A stretch of 64,000 nucleotides of DNA from Octopus vulgaris (lineage: Eukaryota): positions 27,156,001 through 27,220,000 of the forward strand of contig OX597835.1 in NCBI GenBank assembly GCA_951406725.2. Direction: 5' to 3'. Under the pieces are notes generated by a model, which made no database searches, had not been told where the DNA came from, and was given only the letters and a program-made list of their open reading frames with translations. The translations under genes were made by a program, and so were the position numbers. This document shows, piece by piece, positions 31,205 to 47,449 of this stretch (its first letter is position 1; each line of letters opens with the position of its first letter).

Positions 31205-31572
31205 AGAGACGCAGCATGGCCTGGTGGTTAAGACATTAGCTTTCCGATCACACGGTCCTGAGTTCTATCACACTATGTGGGGTTTTCAGTAACTGCTTTT
31301 TTTATTTTTAATTTATTTATCTTAACACCGATTCAACCAAAGACTTGTGGGTGATGCAGAATAGGTGGAAACTGTATGCACATCAACCTTTGGGGTGTAT
31401 TGTACCCGTATTTCAAAGCTTCATTCTTATCACACCCAATGTTTTATAGATTCTGCCCGAAATTTACGTTAAAGGTACGTGTGTCTCAAGTATACTCGGC
31501 CACTTACTCTATTAATGAATAGGCAGTTCAGTTGATTGAACTTCTCAAAACTCATCTTATTAACCGACGGAT
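31205..31572 (+). mobile_element. Old SINE (tRNA head, B-like middle, D-like 3' part)
   Basis: catggcctggtggttaag...gagttcta; 3' part resembles the reverse complement of 17640-17800. Confidence 0.5.
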
Positions 31573-31754
31573 ATCTATTTACTTCCCATTTGTGAGACAG
31601 TAAGTAGGTTCTGATATAAGGGAGAAGTGGTTGTTATTTTTAGCTGGTTTAGTGACCCCACAGGGGATTCTTCATGAACTCATTTTTCGCCTTTTTAAAT
31701 TTTTTTGAGGGTGGAGTGTTTCTACCCTAGACCTCCCTCCCTTCCGTTTTTATT

Positions 31755-32130
31755 CTCTCTCTTTCCTTTTCCTTCTCTCACCTTTCCCTCTCTCTCTCTC
31801 CCTCTCTCTCTCTCTTTCCTTTTCCCTCTCTCACCTTTCCCTCTCTCTCTCTCTCTCTCTCTCTCCCTTTCTCTCTCTTTCCTTTTCCCTCTCTCACCTT
31901 TCCCTCTCTCTCTCTCTCTCTCCCTTTCTCTCTCTTTCCTTTTCCCTCTCTCACCTTTCCCTCTCTCTCTCTCTCTCTCCCTTTCTCTCTCTTTCCTTTT
32001 CCCTCTCTCACCTTTCCCTCTCTCTCTCTCTCTCCCTTTCTCTCTCTTTCCTTTTCCCTCTCTCACCTTTCCCTCTCTCTCTCTCTCTCCCTTTCTCTCT
32101 CTTTCCTTTTTCCTCTCTCACCTTTCCCTC
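31755..32130. repeat. Polypyrimidine minisatellite, ~55-60-bp unit, about 6 copies
   Basis: Unit ctttccttttccctctctcacctttccc(tc)n ccctttctctct. Confidence 0.9.
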
Positions 32131-32909
32131 TTTCTCTTTCTTTCGCCGTCTCTCACTTTCTCCCTTGCTATCTCTCTCTCTCTCTATCTTTTCTTTTATT
32201 TTCCTTTCTCCCTCCCCCATATTCTCACGACCTTTCCCTCTCGTCCTTTACTTCTCCTTCCCGTCTCTTCCTCTTTCAGTACCATCCAAAAAAGCCCCCC
32301 CCCCCAAGAAAATACATTGGATAATGTATTCCGAAGTAAACTACGTCTAACAAGGAATTATCGTCGTGCTTAGACAGTCTTTAATCGTACATAGTTTTGC
32401 TCGATCGAACCTGCTCTGAAGTGCCTCAATAACTACAAAAGCACCAAGAAAATCATCAAATACAGAAACATTCACTGAATTTATTAGGTATATTTAATTC
32501 CTTTCGAAAAATACATTTCCCTACCTACTGATTAATATTTTTTATATACGTTAGTCAAAATAGAAAGGATAGTACTCGTGACCTCTGTAACTCCCACCCA
32601 CACTTATCCCAGACTGGTCAAATCGATCCGATCGATGCTCAGCCCAAACATGCTGTAGATCAATATATGCAAGATAAACATTAAAAAAAAAACGAAAAGA
32701 AGAGCGTTAGTGATGGAGAGAATTCCGATGCTTAATTAAAAAATAAATTACACCCTATTTCAAACGGAACAAAGCAATGTAATCTCTGCATTGCTAAGAA
32801 GTGTCGTATCTTAAATAATATTACTAATCACTCGAACAATAAAATGGAAAGAGCCCTAAATGCATGCCACCATGATTATATATATGTGTGTGTGTGTGTG
32901 TGTGTATAC

Positions 32910-32944
<35 letters not shown>

Positions 32945-32961
32945 TGTATGTATGTATGTAT

Positions 32962-33200
32962 GTCTGTGTACATTCATAGATATACACACACACATATACA
33001 TACATATATATACACATATATTTATATAAACTACATACATCTATTATGTTTATATATATATATCATATATATATACATATATATGTGTGTGTGAGAGAGT
33101 CTGTGTACATTCATAGATATACACACACACATATATACATATATATACACATATATTTATATAAACTACATATATCTATTATGTTTATATATATATATAC
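32962..33200. repeat. Direct duplication with 138-bp offset
   Basis: tctgtgtacattcatagatatacac...aaactaca at 32962 and 33100. Confidence 0.85.
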
Positions 33201-33203
33201 ATA

Positions 33204-33238
<35 letters not shown>

Positions 33239-33252
33239 GTATTTATATATAT

Positions 33253-33442
33253 ATGTACATATGTACGTATACATACATATATTATCTTTATACATTATAT
33301 CATATGTACATATATATATATACATGCATATATATATATTAATATATATATATTAATATATATATATGCATGTATATATATATATGTACATATGATATAA
33401 TGTATAAAGATAATATATGTATGTATACGTACATATGTACAT
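33253..33442. repeat. 190-bp apparently perfect palindrome
   Basis: Centre 33347/33348; attatctttatacattatatcat mirrored by atgatataatgtataaagataat. Confidence 0.9.
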
Positions 33443-33849
33443 TATACATAATATACAAATATAAATGTATGTGTGTGTGTGCATGTATATGGGTGATGCA
33501 TATGTCTGTGCATGTGTGAGTACGCGTGCGCGTGCCTGTGTGTGTTATTTATTTAACTAAAAGTGAGACAGTTAGAGACTCGATTAAACGAACGGATATG
33601 GATAAGAGGACGAATCGGATGTTCACTAAAATACCACTCGGATGTGAACGCATGACCAACCGGAAGATCTAGACTAGCTATAAAAACAGCCATTATTGGA
33701 AAACTTCAACAGTTGACGGCGTTTAGAAAGTGCTGTTCCGACATTAAACTGTTGAGTAACAGAATGCGACCAACTGTAACTATTTATCATGTATATGTTT
33801 GTGTGCGTGTATGTGTGTGTGTGTGTGTGTTTGTAAGTATATAGATATA

Positions 33850-33925
<76 letters not shown>

Positions 33926-33967
33926 TGCTGTATATATATATATGCGTTCTTGTCCCATTTTATATTT

Positions 33968-34015
<48 letters not shown>

Positions 34016-34122
34016 ATACACAAGTATGTAAATATGTATATTAAATATATAAATGTCTGTTTTACATACACTATTTTATATAAACGTGCATATATGTTTA
34101 TTTTTGTTTATATATATATACG

Positions 34123-34166
<44 letters not shown>

Positions 34167-34181
34167 GTATGTATATGCATA

Positions 34182-34294
<113 letters not shown>

Positions 34295-34429
34295 ATATAC
34301 ATATATCTTTATGTGTGTGTGTGTGTCTTGTGTGTCTTGTGAGTGTTTGAGGAGTTAGTATGAGAGGTATGAGTACAATTAACAGGTAATAACTCTGCTG
34401 TCAATAATTTTGTGTTTCAAATTACTTAC

Positions 34430-34543
34430 CATATTTTATTATTTACATAATCGCAAGAGGAGGGTCATGGCCCAAGACCTCTTCAACATTTCTCAAGCTG
34501 AGCAAACTGACGCTGAACACATTAAACATTTACTCATCAATGT
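34430..34543 (-). other. Candidate 114-nt non-coding or 5'UTR exon ending in ATG
   Basis: Acceptor ctatttttctgCAG, donor ATG|GTAAGT; stops in all three frames. Confidence 0.45.
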
Positions 34544-34699
34544 CTGCAGAAAAATAGTGGCAGGGCGAGAGAGAGAGAATAGACTAAGGGTGTTGCTGGT
34601 TCGAATGCTCACTACATGGTGAACAACGCTAAAAGCAACCGAGGACCAGGCGAGGATGTTTTACCAGGTTGTGCTACCTAATGTGTGGCCCTTAACAAT

Positions 34700-35600
34700 A
34701 TCGCTAAGCTACCACATGGTGACACGTCTACATAAAACACCAGACTCACAGCAAGTTTGACAGGGGTTTACAAGATAGCAGGTTTACTACCTGCTGGCGG
34801 GCCTACTCCAAGGTGGAAGGTTTATCACAAGATAATGAGCGTACCACAAATGACAGGATCATTGCCAGTTGGTTTTACCACAAGACTGCAGACATGTCAC
34901 GAAATGGCTGGCCTTTTGGTGAAGGTGCAAGTCAATAACAATATGGTAGACATGTCACCAGATAGCAGGTCTATCATTGGATTGCAGGCTTTTGACATGA
35001 TGGCAAACGTACCCACTAATATCCTATCACCAGATGGCATGAGTTCCACAAGGGACCAGGTCTATCGTCAGATGTCAAGCTTTTCACATGATGGCAAACA
35101 TACTCTAAGGAGACAGACCTATTATCAGATGGTATGCGTACCACAAGGGGGTAGGTCTACCCTCAGATAGCAGGCATATCACATGATGGCCGGCGTACCC
35201 CAAAGAGACAGACATTTCACCACATGATGGCTGGCGTACCCCAAGGTACCAGGCCTATCACCAGATGGCAGACGTACTCCAAGGTACTAGGCCTATCACC
35301 AGTTGGCAGACGTACCCCAAGGTACCAGGCTTATCACCAGATGGCAGACGTACTCCAAGGTACCAGGCCTATTACCAGATGGCAGGCATGCCCCAAGGTA
35401 CTAGGCCTGTCACCAGATGGCAGGCGTACCCGAAAGTACCAAGTCGATCAACAGATAGCAGGCGTACCCCAAGGTTCTAGGCCTATCATCAGAGTGCAGA
35501 CGTACCACAAGATAGCAGGCCAATCAACAGATGGCCGGCATACCACAAGATGGTAAACATTGCACAAGATGGTAGGTTTACCACCAGATGGCAGACCTAT
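34700..35600. repeat. Minisatellite: 19-bp monomer forming a 38-bp higher-order dimer
   Basis: gtaccccaaggtaccaggcctatcaccagatggcagac at 35236, 35274, 35312, 35350, 35388, 35426, 35464, 35502; degenerate 19-mers on both flanks. Confidence 0.9.
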
Positions 35601-36341
35601 AGCTCAAACATTAGTCCAGATACAGCAAAACAAAAGCAAAGAACGTTAAGATTCCTTTCTTTAATATCAAAATATGAACAAAAAGATTACAAGTAAAATA
35701 TATGATTAGGAAGGAACAAGTGTGACATCGTATGATCGATAACTGATCAAATAATATCACGCAATTGCTAATAAACAAATTAGATATATATATATATTTT
35801 AATTTTTTTTTTTTTTCTTAATCATACGAGACTATTTCGATATTCTGCGTGCGTTCAGTAAAACATTCCGATATTTCAAACTGTCATTGATGTTTCCTAA
35901 TCTTACCACATTATTTCATTAAATGGCAGTCCGAAATAATTTTAAAACAAACCAAAATATAAAATAAATAAATAAATAAAAAATAAGTAAATAATAAGAT
36001 AAAAAATAAAATTTAAAAAATGTTTGGTTTCATGTGTATAAATCTCTACAATTTGCATCGCGCTAATTAATTTTTTCTATATTAAATTGATTTGATTTAT
36101 CGTACACGTCATTTTCTCTCAAGCTAGCCACACTGGAGAAGTTTTGCTGCGTTTTTTATTTGTTTTTTTTTTGTCATTAATACTTCATTATTTTATTTAT
36201 TTATTCATTTATTTATTAATTTTTATTTATTTATTTTTTAGTTTTTTTTATTTATTCGAGGGTAGAAATATGACTTAATAGGAGCGAGAGAAACGGAAAT
36301 ACACAAACTTCACTTCATCATCATCATCATTATTATTATTA

Positions 36342-36418
<77 letters not shown>

Positions 36419-36420
36419 TA

Positions 36421-36458
<38 letters not shown>

Positions 36459-36481
36459 GATGATAATAATAATAAGTAGTA

Positions 36482-36515
<34 letters not shown>

Positions 36516-36546
36516 TGATAATAATAATAACAACATTAATATTATT

Positions 36547-37570
<1,024 letters not shown>

Positions 37571-38274
37571 CCTTACCCCTATCAGACTAAAAAATATATT
37601 AGTAACCTTGTATTTCCATCAGTAACTATTGTAATATTTTCTTTTTGTAACACTAAGACATGATTTGAGATAAATTTGGCTGCTATTTCTAACGAAATAA
37701 ACCACTACATATGGACCACTACATTTGCTAGGTCGTTTCGGTACAGTTATCTGCGTTTTCTTATCAACTGCAACTTCTGAGAATGAGAATTTTTTTCTTT
37801 CTTTATTTATTTATTTCCTTACGGAGATCTGATGTTTCAGCGGAAAGTCAGCCATTTTGATTTTTTCCTTTAGAGTTTTCGACAGCGGAAATTATTTCTG
37901 TTAGTTGACTAATTCAACTTTCCCACTATGGAAAGTGTGTATTTGTATATTTTTACATTTCAGTTAAAAAAAAATATTGAACAATTTAATAATTAATTTA
38001 ATAATAATGAAGCTACGATTGATCAAAGAATTCATTTGCATATATTTAAATTAAGTGTTGTCATGAATAGAGAAAAGAGGATGAAGAAAACGAGAGAAGG
38101 AGGAAATGAGAAAAAAATTAACAAATTTTATTGTTGTTTCATGTAATGGCTGATACTTGAAAGAATTGCCAAAATAACAATGTTCGTTTAGTACGCCTTC
38201 CACTCTCCTCTCTCCGTTAGACAATCGAAAGAAACAGAAAGATGTATACAGACACACACGCACGTACATGCATA

Positions 38275-38432
38275 AGCCTCGTTGTATGGTTAAGAAGATT
38301 GCTTCCCAAACATGTGGTCTTAGGTTCGGTCCTACTGCGTGGCACCTTAGACAATCATCTTCTAGAATAGCTCCAAGCTGACCACAGCTTTTTGTGTGAT
38401 TTTAGTAGACGGAACCAGGAAGTTTAAGCCCG
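38275..38432 (+). mobile_element. SINE family B, 5' half
   Basis: Matches the family B head. Confidence 0.75.
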
Positions 38433-38441
38433 TTATATATA

Positions 38442-39610
<1,169 letters not shown>

Positions 39611-39914
39611 ATATGAGTTACGAATTAGAAGCAGTGCTAGTGTTGTGAAACATTATCGACCGCGCGTACTAAACACATACATCGAGTCCGTGCGATTGAT
39701 AATGTTTGTAACATTAGCGCTGATTTCAGTTCATAATTGAATTTAATCTTACGCACGCATCGTCGCATGGTTTTTACACTATTTGTATATAGCCATAGAC
39801 TGTCGATTCAGATCGTCCACGATTCAAGTACGTGATATTGATAAGCCACAAAAAGGGCGAAATATCGATATCGATCGCTCTTAAATGGAACTGGAGACGA
39901 GTTGTTTCGCTTAC

Positions 39915-39980
39915 TTTCAGGTGTTTTAACACCCAGTGCTTTGAGAGAGTTGTCCCCCAAAGCGCTATGCCGCAGCGAAC
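39915..39980 (-). other. Candidate 66-nt exon
   Basis: Acceptor ttttgcttgttcgCAG, donor AAA|GTAAGC; open as (G)SLRHSALGDNSLKALGVKTPE or VRCGIALWGTTLSKHWVLKHLK. Confidence 0.45.
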
Positions 39981-40561
39981 CTGCGAACAAGCAAAACTTA
40001 TTGAGTATGTGCTTTCTATAGCATGTGTACTGCATCATGTGGTCTGATTTCTTACGAGTAGTATACCACGCGATCAGTTAAGAGAGTAAAGATGTAAAGA
40101 TATTTTTATAAAAAAAAAAACCTCAAGAAGCCTTGTGGAATACAGCTACCGAGGGTTTCCTGGGCGAAATATTAATTTATTTCGAGATTTATCAATCTGG
40201 TGAAAACAACAAGACAGTTCAGTGATTGCGTTCGGTGCAACCGACGTTTGACAGATCTCGATCATCTACTAAAAGACGCAAACGCTAAACCGTCTTGATA
40301 AATGGCGGAATAAATTGATATTTCGTTCATGAAATCCTGAGTAGTTGTATTTCACAAGGATTTTTATGGTTTTTTACTATAACGCGTTCGTGTGTGTAAG
40401 TGAGTGTGTGTGTGCGTGTGTGCGCGTATATTTATATATACACACATAAAGACATGTATACATATATACGTACATATATATATACACATCCATATATAAA
40501 GTTATGTATGCATGCATATATACGTATAGGCGTATATACCTAGATAGACAGATAGATAGAC

Positions 40562-40645
<84 letters not shown>

Positions 40646-41031
40646 TAAATAGATAGATAAGCATATATATACCAGGTGGTGCTATTAAGTTAGACATGGC
40701 CTGGGCCAATAATGGCCGAAACCTATCAAAGTATCAAAGTATACTGTATATACATATATACTTATGTATGTGTATATATATATATATATATACACGCACT
40801 TATGCATACTTATATCTATATAATACACATACATACACAGATGTTGAAGATCGGCAACGTGAAACTCCTCGCGATTTGCGAAGCTTTTAGCTTCCAATAA
40901 AATTTAATGTTTCACTCTAATTTTAGTAATAACAGTCTGCATTCTCTCTCCGATGTGTGTGTGTGTATGTGTGTATGTGTGTGTGTGTGTGTTTGTGTGT
41001 ATGCATATATACATCCATGCACACACACATT

Positions 41032-41103
<72 letters not shown>

Positions 41104-41199
41104 TTATCAATTTATGAATTATCCTTTTCCAATCGTAACTTGAAGACGTGCTGTTTCATGACAATTGCAAATGTCTGTTGCATGTCTTGTCATTGTTGT

Positions 41200-41442
41200 G
41201 GCTGATGATGATGATGACGGTGGCGGCAGCGGCGGTGGTGACGGCTACGACAACGATGCTGACGAGAACGAAGGTGATGATGATGATGATGATGATGACA
41301 ATGTGATCATGATCGTTATTATGATCGTGATGAGAATGGTGATGACGATGATGATGACGATGACGACTCGACTACGACGGCGATGACGTTGACAATGGTG
41401 TTGATGATTACGATGATGATGATGATGATGATGATTGATGAT

Positions 41443-41494
<52 letters not shown>

Positions 41495-41565
41495 AATATT
41501 TGGATGACGATGACGATGATGACGACTTCGCCGACGTTGACCATAATGATGACGGTCATCATCAC

Positions 41566-41596
<31 letters not shown>

Positions 41597-41709
41597 GTCG
41601 TCGTCGTCGTCGTCATGACGACTTGTATTCTCTCACTATAACCTAGTTTGTTGCGGTAACTAATCTGTGTTTAATAAACGTTTCGTAATTTTTCTTTTTT
41701 CTTTTCTTT

Positions 41710-41755
<46 letters not shown>

Positions 41756-41783
41756 TTCCTTTCCTTTCTTTCTTTCTTCCTTC

Positions 41784-41816
<33 letters not shown>

Positions 41817-42036
41817 TTCCTTTCTTTCTTTCTTTCTTTTTTTCTTTCTTTCTTTCTTTCAGTTTTCTTTGTTTTTGTTTCCTTCAATTTTTATATTTAT
41901 TTATTGTTTTTTTTATTTCCTTACCTCCTTCTCATTCTTTCTTTCTTTCTTTCTTTCTTTCCTTCCTTCTCATTCATTCTTTCTTTCCTTCTTTCTTTCT
42001 TTCTTTCTTTCTTTCTTCGTATTTCCTTTTGTTGTT

Positions 42037-42068
<32 letters not shown>

Positions 42069-42070
42069 GG
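41200..42070. repeat. (GAT)n/(CAT)n and (TTTC)n microsatellites
   Basis: Direct reading. Confidence 0.93.
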
Positions 42071-42695
42071 CAAACGTTTATTTATCATGGCGTCGCCTTC
42101 GTCGTCGTCGTCGTCGACTTCCCCCGTCGTCATCGTCATCGTCATTGCGAACCATTAACCATTGTATCATTGTTACTGCTAGTGTTGCTGTTGTTGTTGT
42201 TAATTGATGCTATTGTTGCTTTCGTTGTTGTTTAACCCACGGTTAGGCCTGAGAAGGTCATTTCAAACCATAACAATTCCATCTTACTATATCAGAAATT
42301 AGATTATCCAGTGATTTTTTTTCTTGTACTTTTTTGTTGTTGTTGCTGTTAGTGTGTGGTTTATTGGAGATAAGGCTGCTATTTCTAGGAGGTTCAGCGA
42401 CCATATTGAAGCACCCTGCCGTTATTGTTGTTGTTGTTGTCGCTCTAATTATTTCATGTCTGTTATTTTGGCAGTTACCATTCCTTGCCAAATTCCAGGT
42501 AAAATTACTTGGCACAAATCAGCGATGATCTACCGAGTGTCGTGTGTACCATCACGACTAAATACATCCACGGGTGTGTGTGTGTGTGTGTATTTATGTG
42601 TGCGTGTATGTATTTATGTGTGCGTGTATATATATATACAATTACTGCATATGTATACACACACGCACACACACACACACACATACATACATACA

Positions 42696-42727
<32 letters not shown>

Positions 42728-43439
42728 CATACATATATATATGTTATATATATATATATATATATATGTGCATACATACATATACAAACATATATATATG
42801 TTATATATATATGTGTGTATGTATGTATGTATATGTATGTTTGTATATGTATGTTTGTATATGTATGTCTGTATATGTGTGTGTTCTCATTCTTTATCCA
42901 CTGTCTTACTGCCTCTCGTTTTCTTTTCTCAGTCTCTCTCACACACACTCCTCCTCTCTCTCATTCTCTTCCTCTCTCTCTCTCTCTCTCTCTCCTCTTC
43001 TCTTTTCACTCAAAAATCAAAGAAACAGGAGAGTGTAGGTCAACAGAAGTTGTTTCTACTTATACGTGATTGCTTCCGGGAGCATCTTTACAATGTTGAA
43101 AACAATTACCCGACGAATACTTGAACCCGTGCCCCGCCGCTTCAAAACATTTCACCCTAACTACCCTTTATCCTTGAACTATTCCAAAAGCTTAATGCTA
43201 GGGTGACCCGACAACAAACGGATCAACATCTCGTTTTCATCAAAACCTAGAGGACACATAGCTTGCTTTTATTATATTTATTTAACCTCAGATCATCTCT
43301 AGCTGTGCAGATCTACCACCCAAGCGTTTCACTTATGACCATCCCGTCTATTTTTATATCTCAAACTATATTCAATGTGCCCTTCATTTTTAGTTAAGAT
43401 GAAAAGCTATTATTTGGTCTATTATTATTTAAGTATTAG

Positions 43440-43840
43440 AAGGCAGCGTGCTGGCAGAAACGTTAGCACGCCGGGCGAAATGCTTAGCGGTATTTCGTCT
43501 GTCGTTACGTTCTGAGTTCAAATTCCGCCGAGTTCGACTTTGCCTTTCATCCTTTCGGGGTCGATAAATTAAGTACCAGTTACGCACTGGGGTCGATATA
43601 ATCGACTTAATCCCTTTGTCTGTCCTTGTTTGTCCTCTCTGAGTTTAGCCCCTTGTGAGCAGTAAAGAAATAGGTATTTCGTCTGCTGTTACGTTCTGAG
43701 TTCAAATTCCGCCGAGGTCGACTTTGCTTTAATCCTTTCGGTTTCGGTGAAATAAGTACCAGTTGCGTACTGAGGTCGATCTAATCGACTAGCCCCCTTC
43801 CCTCAAAACTTCAGGTCTTGTGCCTTTATTTGAAAGGATT
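43440..43840 (+). mobile_element. SINE A heterodimer (type-1 unit then headless type-2 unit)
   Basis: Junction aaagaaata|ggtatttcgtctg at 43672/43673. Confidence 0.9.
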
Positions 43841-43911
43841 ACTTAAGTACTAGTCGAAAAAGCCTTTGATTAAATGTATTCTAGCCATGACTATCACAAT
43901 ATTTTTGATTC

Positions 43912-43942
<31 letters not shown>

Positions 43943-44494
43943 TAAGGATTAAAGCAAAGATGAATAGGGGAAACTTGACCAGAGATTTAATTTAGATAGA
44001 GAATATAGATATAGAGAATAAATTAAATGCCTTTTCAGTGATGCTAAACGGTTTGCCTTTTCTCTTTTACTTTAATCTTTGTTTACCTGCTCAAGGAAAA
44101 ACCACTTATAGCCGCTTCTGATAGGCAGTCTCAACATCACACGTTCCGTTGCAGTTGCACTAAATACAGCACCCTAACCACTGGACTACACGTCTTCCCG
44201 CTCATATAATTCTGTTTAGTTTCAATACTTTCTGTCTCTGTTACGTCTGGTCTGTGACGAAAATAACATTGTTAACACGAGCAATTTTATTGATGTTGTG
44301 TAACCCCTAGTCAGCTTTGATCTATGATGCTTTAACACTAACTTAACAATCTGTCTGTCTGGCTCCTCACATAATAATTGGTTGTTACTATTGTTATTTT
44401 TTTTTTCTTTTATGGTTAGCGTATTATATATACTAACACGAATCTTTTCGCGTTTCAACACCTAATTATTTTCAAAATATTGATTTGAAATTTT

Positions 44495-44742
44495 GACACA
44501 AGGCTAGCAATTTCAGGTAGGGGATAAGTCGATTACATTGACCCCCAATACTCGCTGGTACTTATTTTATCAAAACCCCCTCCCCACAAAGAATGAAAGG
44601 CAAAGTCGACCTCGGCGAAACATGAACACTGAACGTGAAAACGAACGAAATACCTATTTCTTTACTACCCACAAGGGGCTAAACACAGAGGGGAAAAACA
44701 AAGACAGACAAACGGATTAAGTCGATTACATCGATCCCAGTG
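44495..44742 (-). mobile_element. SINE A heterodimer remnant
   Basis: Same junction read on + as gaaatacctatttcttt at ~44647. Confidence 0.8.
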
Positions 44743-44744
44743 CA

Positions 44745-45313
44745 TGTGGTTCAGTGTTTCCAAGATAGCCAAAAAAATGTCGATATTGACAAAAGTTCTG
44801 GGAGACCCACAACCAGCAGAAAAGCATCGTATTTGTGCGTGCAGCTGTGAGGGAAAATCGTCGAATCACCATCCGTGAGTTATCAGAGGATGTGCAGATT
44901 AGTTACGGTTCAGTTCAGTCCATTAGCACTGAAGATTTGGTTATGAGACGCATGTCTGGCAAGTTTGTGCTAAAACTGCTTTCAACTGACCAAAAAGACA
45001 CTCGAGTTTCAGTTGCATAAGATCTCCTTAATTGTGTTGAGAACGGTGAAACTTTTCTGAAAACTTTGCGTAGACATCTGAGCAAGTATTGCCAAGTTTT
45101 TGGCAAAATTTGATGCAGATTCTCTGCTCTACTTCACTCGCTACACACCTTCCTTCCAAGCACTGCTTTAAACAGGAAGTGAGCTAGAACATTAAAACTT
45201 AGTGCGCATACTCAACAGAGTTCAAGGTTAATCTGTACACAGCGGCTTTACTCTGCATGCTTTAGCTTCGTTATTATGGCAACAGTCCGGATATTTATTG
45301 ATCAGACCACGTA
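44745..45313 (+). mobile_element. Internally deleted mariner element (N-terminal transposase relic plus one TIR)
   Basis: SGRP...VRENRRITIRELSEDVQISYGSVQSI..EDL.MRR.SGKFVLKLLSTDQK (HTH plus WVPxxL-like linker); end agtccggatatttattgatcagaccacgTA. Confidence 0.85.
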
Positions 45314-46074
45314 CAAACGATTCTGCCAGCTCAGCGCTTTATTTTCTAAATATTGTCAGATAAATTCTTTCTTTTTTTTATAATCTTGCTTTTTTTTGTT
45401 CTTTTCCTTTTGCTTTGTTTTTCTACTTGGCACGCCATCATCATATGTCTGAAAAGAAGTAAAAATTTATTCAAATTTGAAAAGCGATAAACAAAAGTTG
45501 TAGATGTAAAAATAGAACTACAAAAAAAAAAAGAGGCAAAACATCAAACACTACAATAAAAATATATGTGTTGATTCAAATCCCGTCGGAAAGGATCAAA
45601 ATAAATGGGGAATAAAAACCAAATCAAACAAATTTATCTGACAACCCTATATATTTAAAATCTTCCACAATAAAAAATGTTAGCGCCACTTTATATGACA
45701 ATATCCTAACACTAAACTGTCTGTCTGAATAAATAATTTTTTCTCGTGCTATGTTTAATGGCGGCCATATTGAATATACTAACGCAAAGCGTTTAATGTC
45801 TCACAGCCTAAATATTTTCTAAATATATTATAAATGCGGTCCCTGTATTTAAAAGGTTAAGCCCACTTTATATGATACCGCTTAAGTACCACAAAGACTT
45901 TGTAGTTTCATTTTTTAACAGTTAACATATTACATATGCTAACAGGAAACAGTAAATATTTCAACAGATAAATATTTTCTAGACATATTTTTAATCCCCC
46001 TCACACCGCTGCGTTAAAAAAATTTAACGCCATCTTAACGGTTATTCGTCTATCTGTCTGCGTCAGTGCATAAT

Positions 46075-46205
46075 TCTATAACGTTAGGATGCCGGACAAA
46101 ATGCTAAACGGCATTTCGCCCGTCTTCACGTTTTGAGTTCAGATTTCACCTAGGTCGACTTTGCCTGTTATCCTTTCGGGGAACCGATAAAATAAGCAGC
46201 AGTTG
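46075..46205 (+). mobile_element. SINE family A fragment
   Basis: Diverged head plus Nin-like block. Confidence 0.75.
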
Positions 46206-46584
46206 AACAGCGTGTGATTGCATATTTTTAGATCGACATTGTAGCGTAGGTGTGAATGGTTAGATCTGGTCAGTTTAAGCATAAAACATGTAGAATATTT
46301 GAGCCAGACGTGGTCGGATTAAATGCTAAGGAAAGAAATATCTTCATACGTTAAAAAAAAATTAACATTACTTTATATAACAGCACTTAAATATAACTAT
46401 TTCTCTGTTACTCGAGATTATTCTTCCCAGATATTTTCTAATGGATAACGCATTATACTAACACATAAATGTTTAATGTCTCACCACGTAAACATTTTCT
46501 AAATATACTTTAAATACATCCTGCATTGAAAATCTTAACGCCGTTTTACACGACCTTTCTGTTTGTCCCACCACGGAACGCTTT

Positions 46585-46895
46585 GTGGAGGACCATGGCC
46601 TAATGGTTAGAGCAGCGGACTCACGGTCGAGGTCTCGCGGGTTGTAATCTCAGACCGGGTGATGTGTGTGTTTATGAGCGAAAACACCTAAGCTCCACGC
46701 GGCTCCGGCAGAAGGTAATGGCGAACTTCTGCTGACTCTTTCGCCACAACTGTCTCTCACTCTTTCCTCCTGCATCCTGCAGCTCACCTGCGACGGACCA
46801 GCGTCCCGTCCAGGTGGGGAACCTATACGCCAATGAAACCGGGAAACCGGCCCTTATGAGCCAGGCATGGCTCGAGAAGGAACAAACAAAATAAC
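46585..46895 (+). mobile_element. SINE family C
   Basis: tggcctaatggttagagcagcggactc...cctgcgacggaccagcgtcccgtccagg; (AAC/AAAC) tail. Confidence 0.85.
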
Positions 46896-47035
46896 AATCT
46901 TGAGCAAATGTTTTCTACTAAAATAAGTATTAGGCTTTAAAAAGGGAAAAAATAAGTACAGTGTTCGAACTTGATCATTTACAATGCACCGATTGGATTA
47001 AAAGGCGGTGCTCCAGCATAGTCGCAGGATAATGA

Positions 47036-47449
47036 GAGCGTGCTGGCAGAAACGTTAGCACGCCGGGCGAAATACCTAGCGGTATTTCGTCTGCCGTTAC
47101 GTTCTGAGTTCAAATTCCGCCGAGGGTGACTTTGCCTTTCATCCTTTCGGGGTCGATTAAATAAGTACCAGTTACGCACTGGGGTCTATCTAATCAACAT
47201 AATCCGTTTGTCTGTCCTTGTTTTTCCTCTCTGTGTTTAGCTTCTTGTGGATAGTAAAGAAATAGGTATTTGGTCTGTCTTTACGTTCTGAATTCAAATT
47301 CCGCCGAGGTCGACTTTGCCTTTCATCCTTTCGGGGTCGATAAATTAAGTACCAGTTACGCACTGGAGTCGATGTTATCGACTTAATCCCTTTGTCTGTC
47401 GTTGTTTGTCCCCTCTATGTTTAGCCACTTGTGGTCAATAAAGAAATAA
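47036..47449 (+). mobile_element. SINE family A dimer
   Basis: Junction aaagaaata|ggtatttggtctg at ~47265. Confidence 0.9.

Noticed and set aside
35236-35520. CRISPR-like regular repeat
   Set aside because: Units are contiguous with no unique spacers, no cas genes, and the context is eukaryotic.
34757-35556. Repetitive ORFs resembling a structural protein
   Set aside because: The 38-bp period is not a multiple of 3, and stops interrupt the frames.
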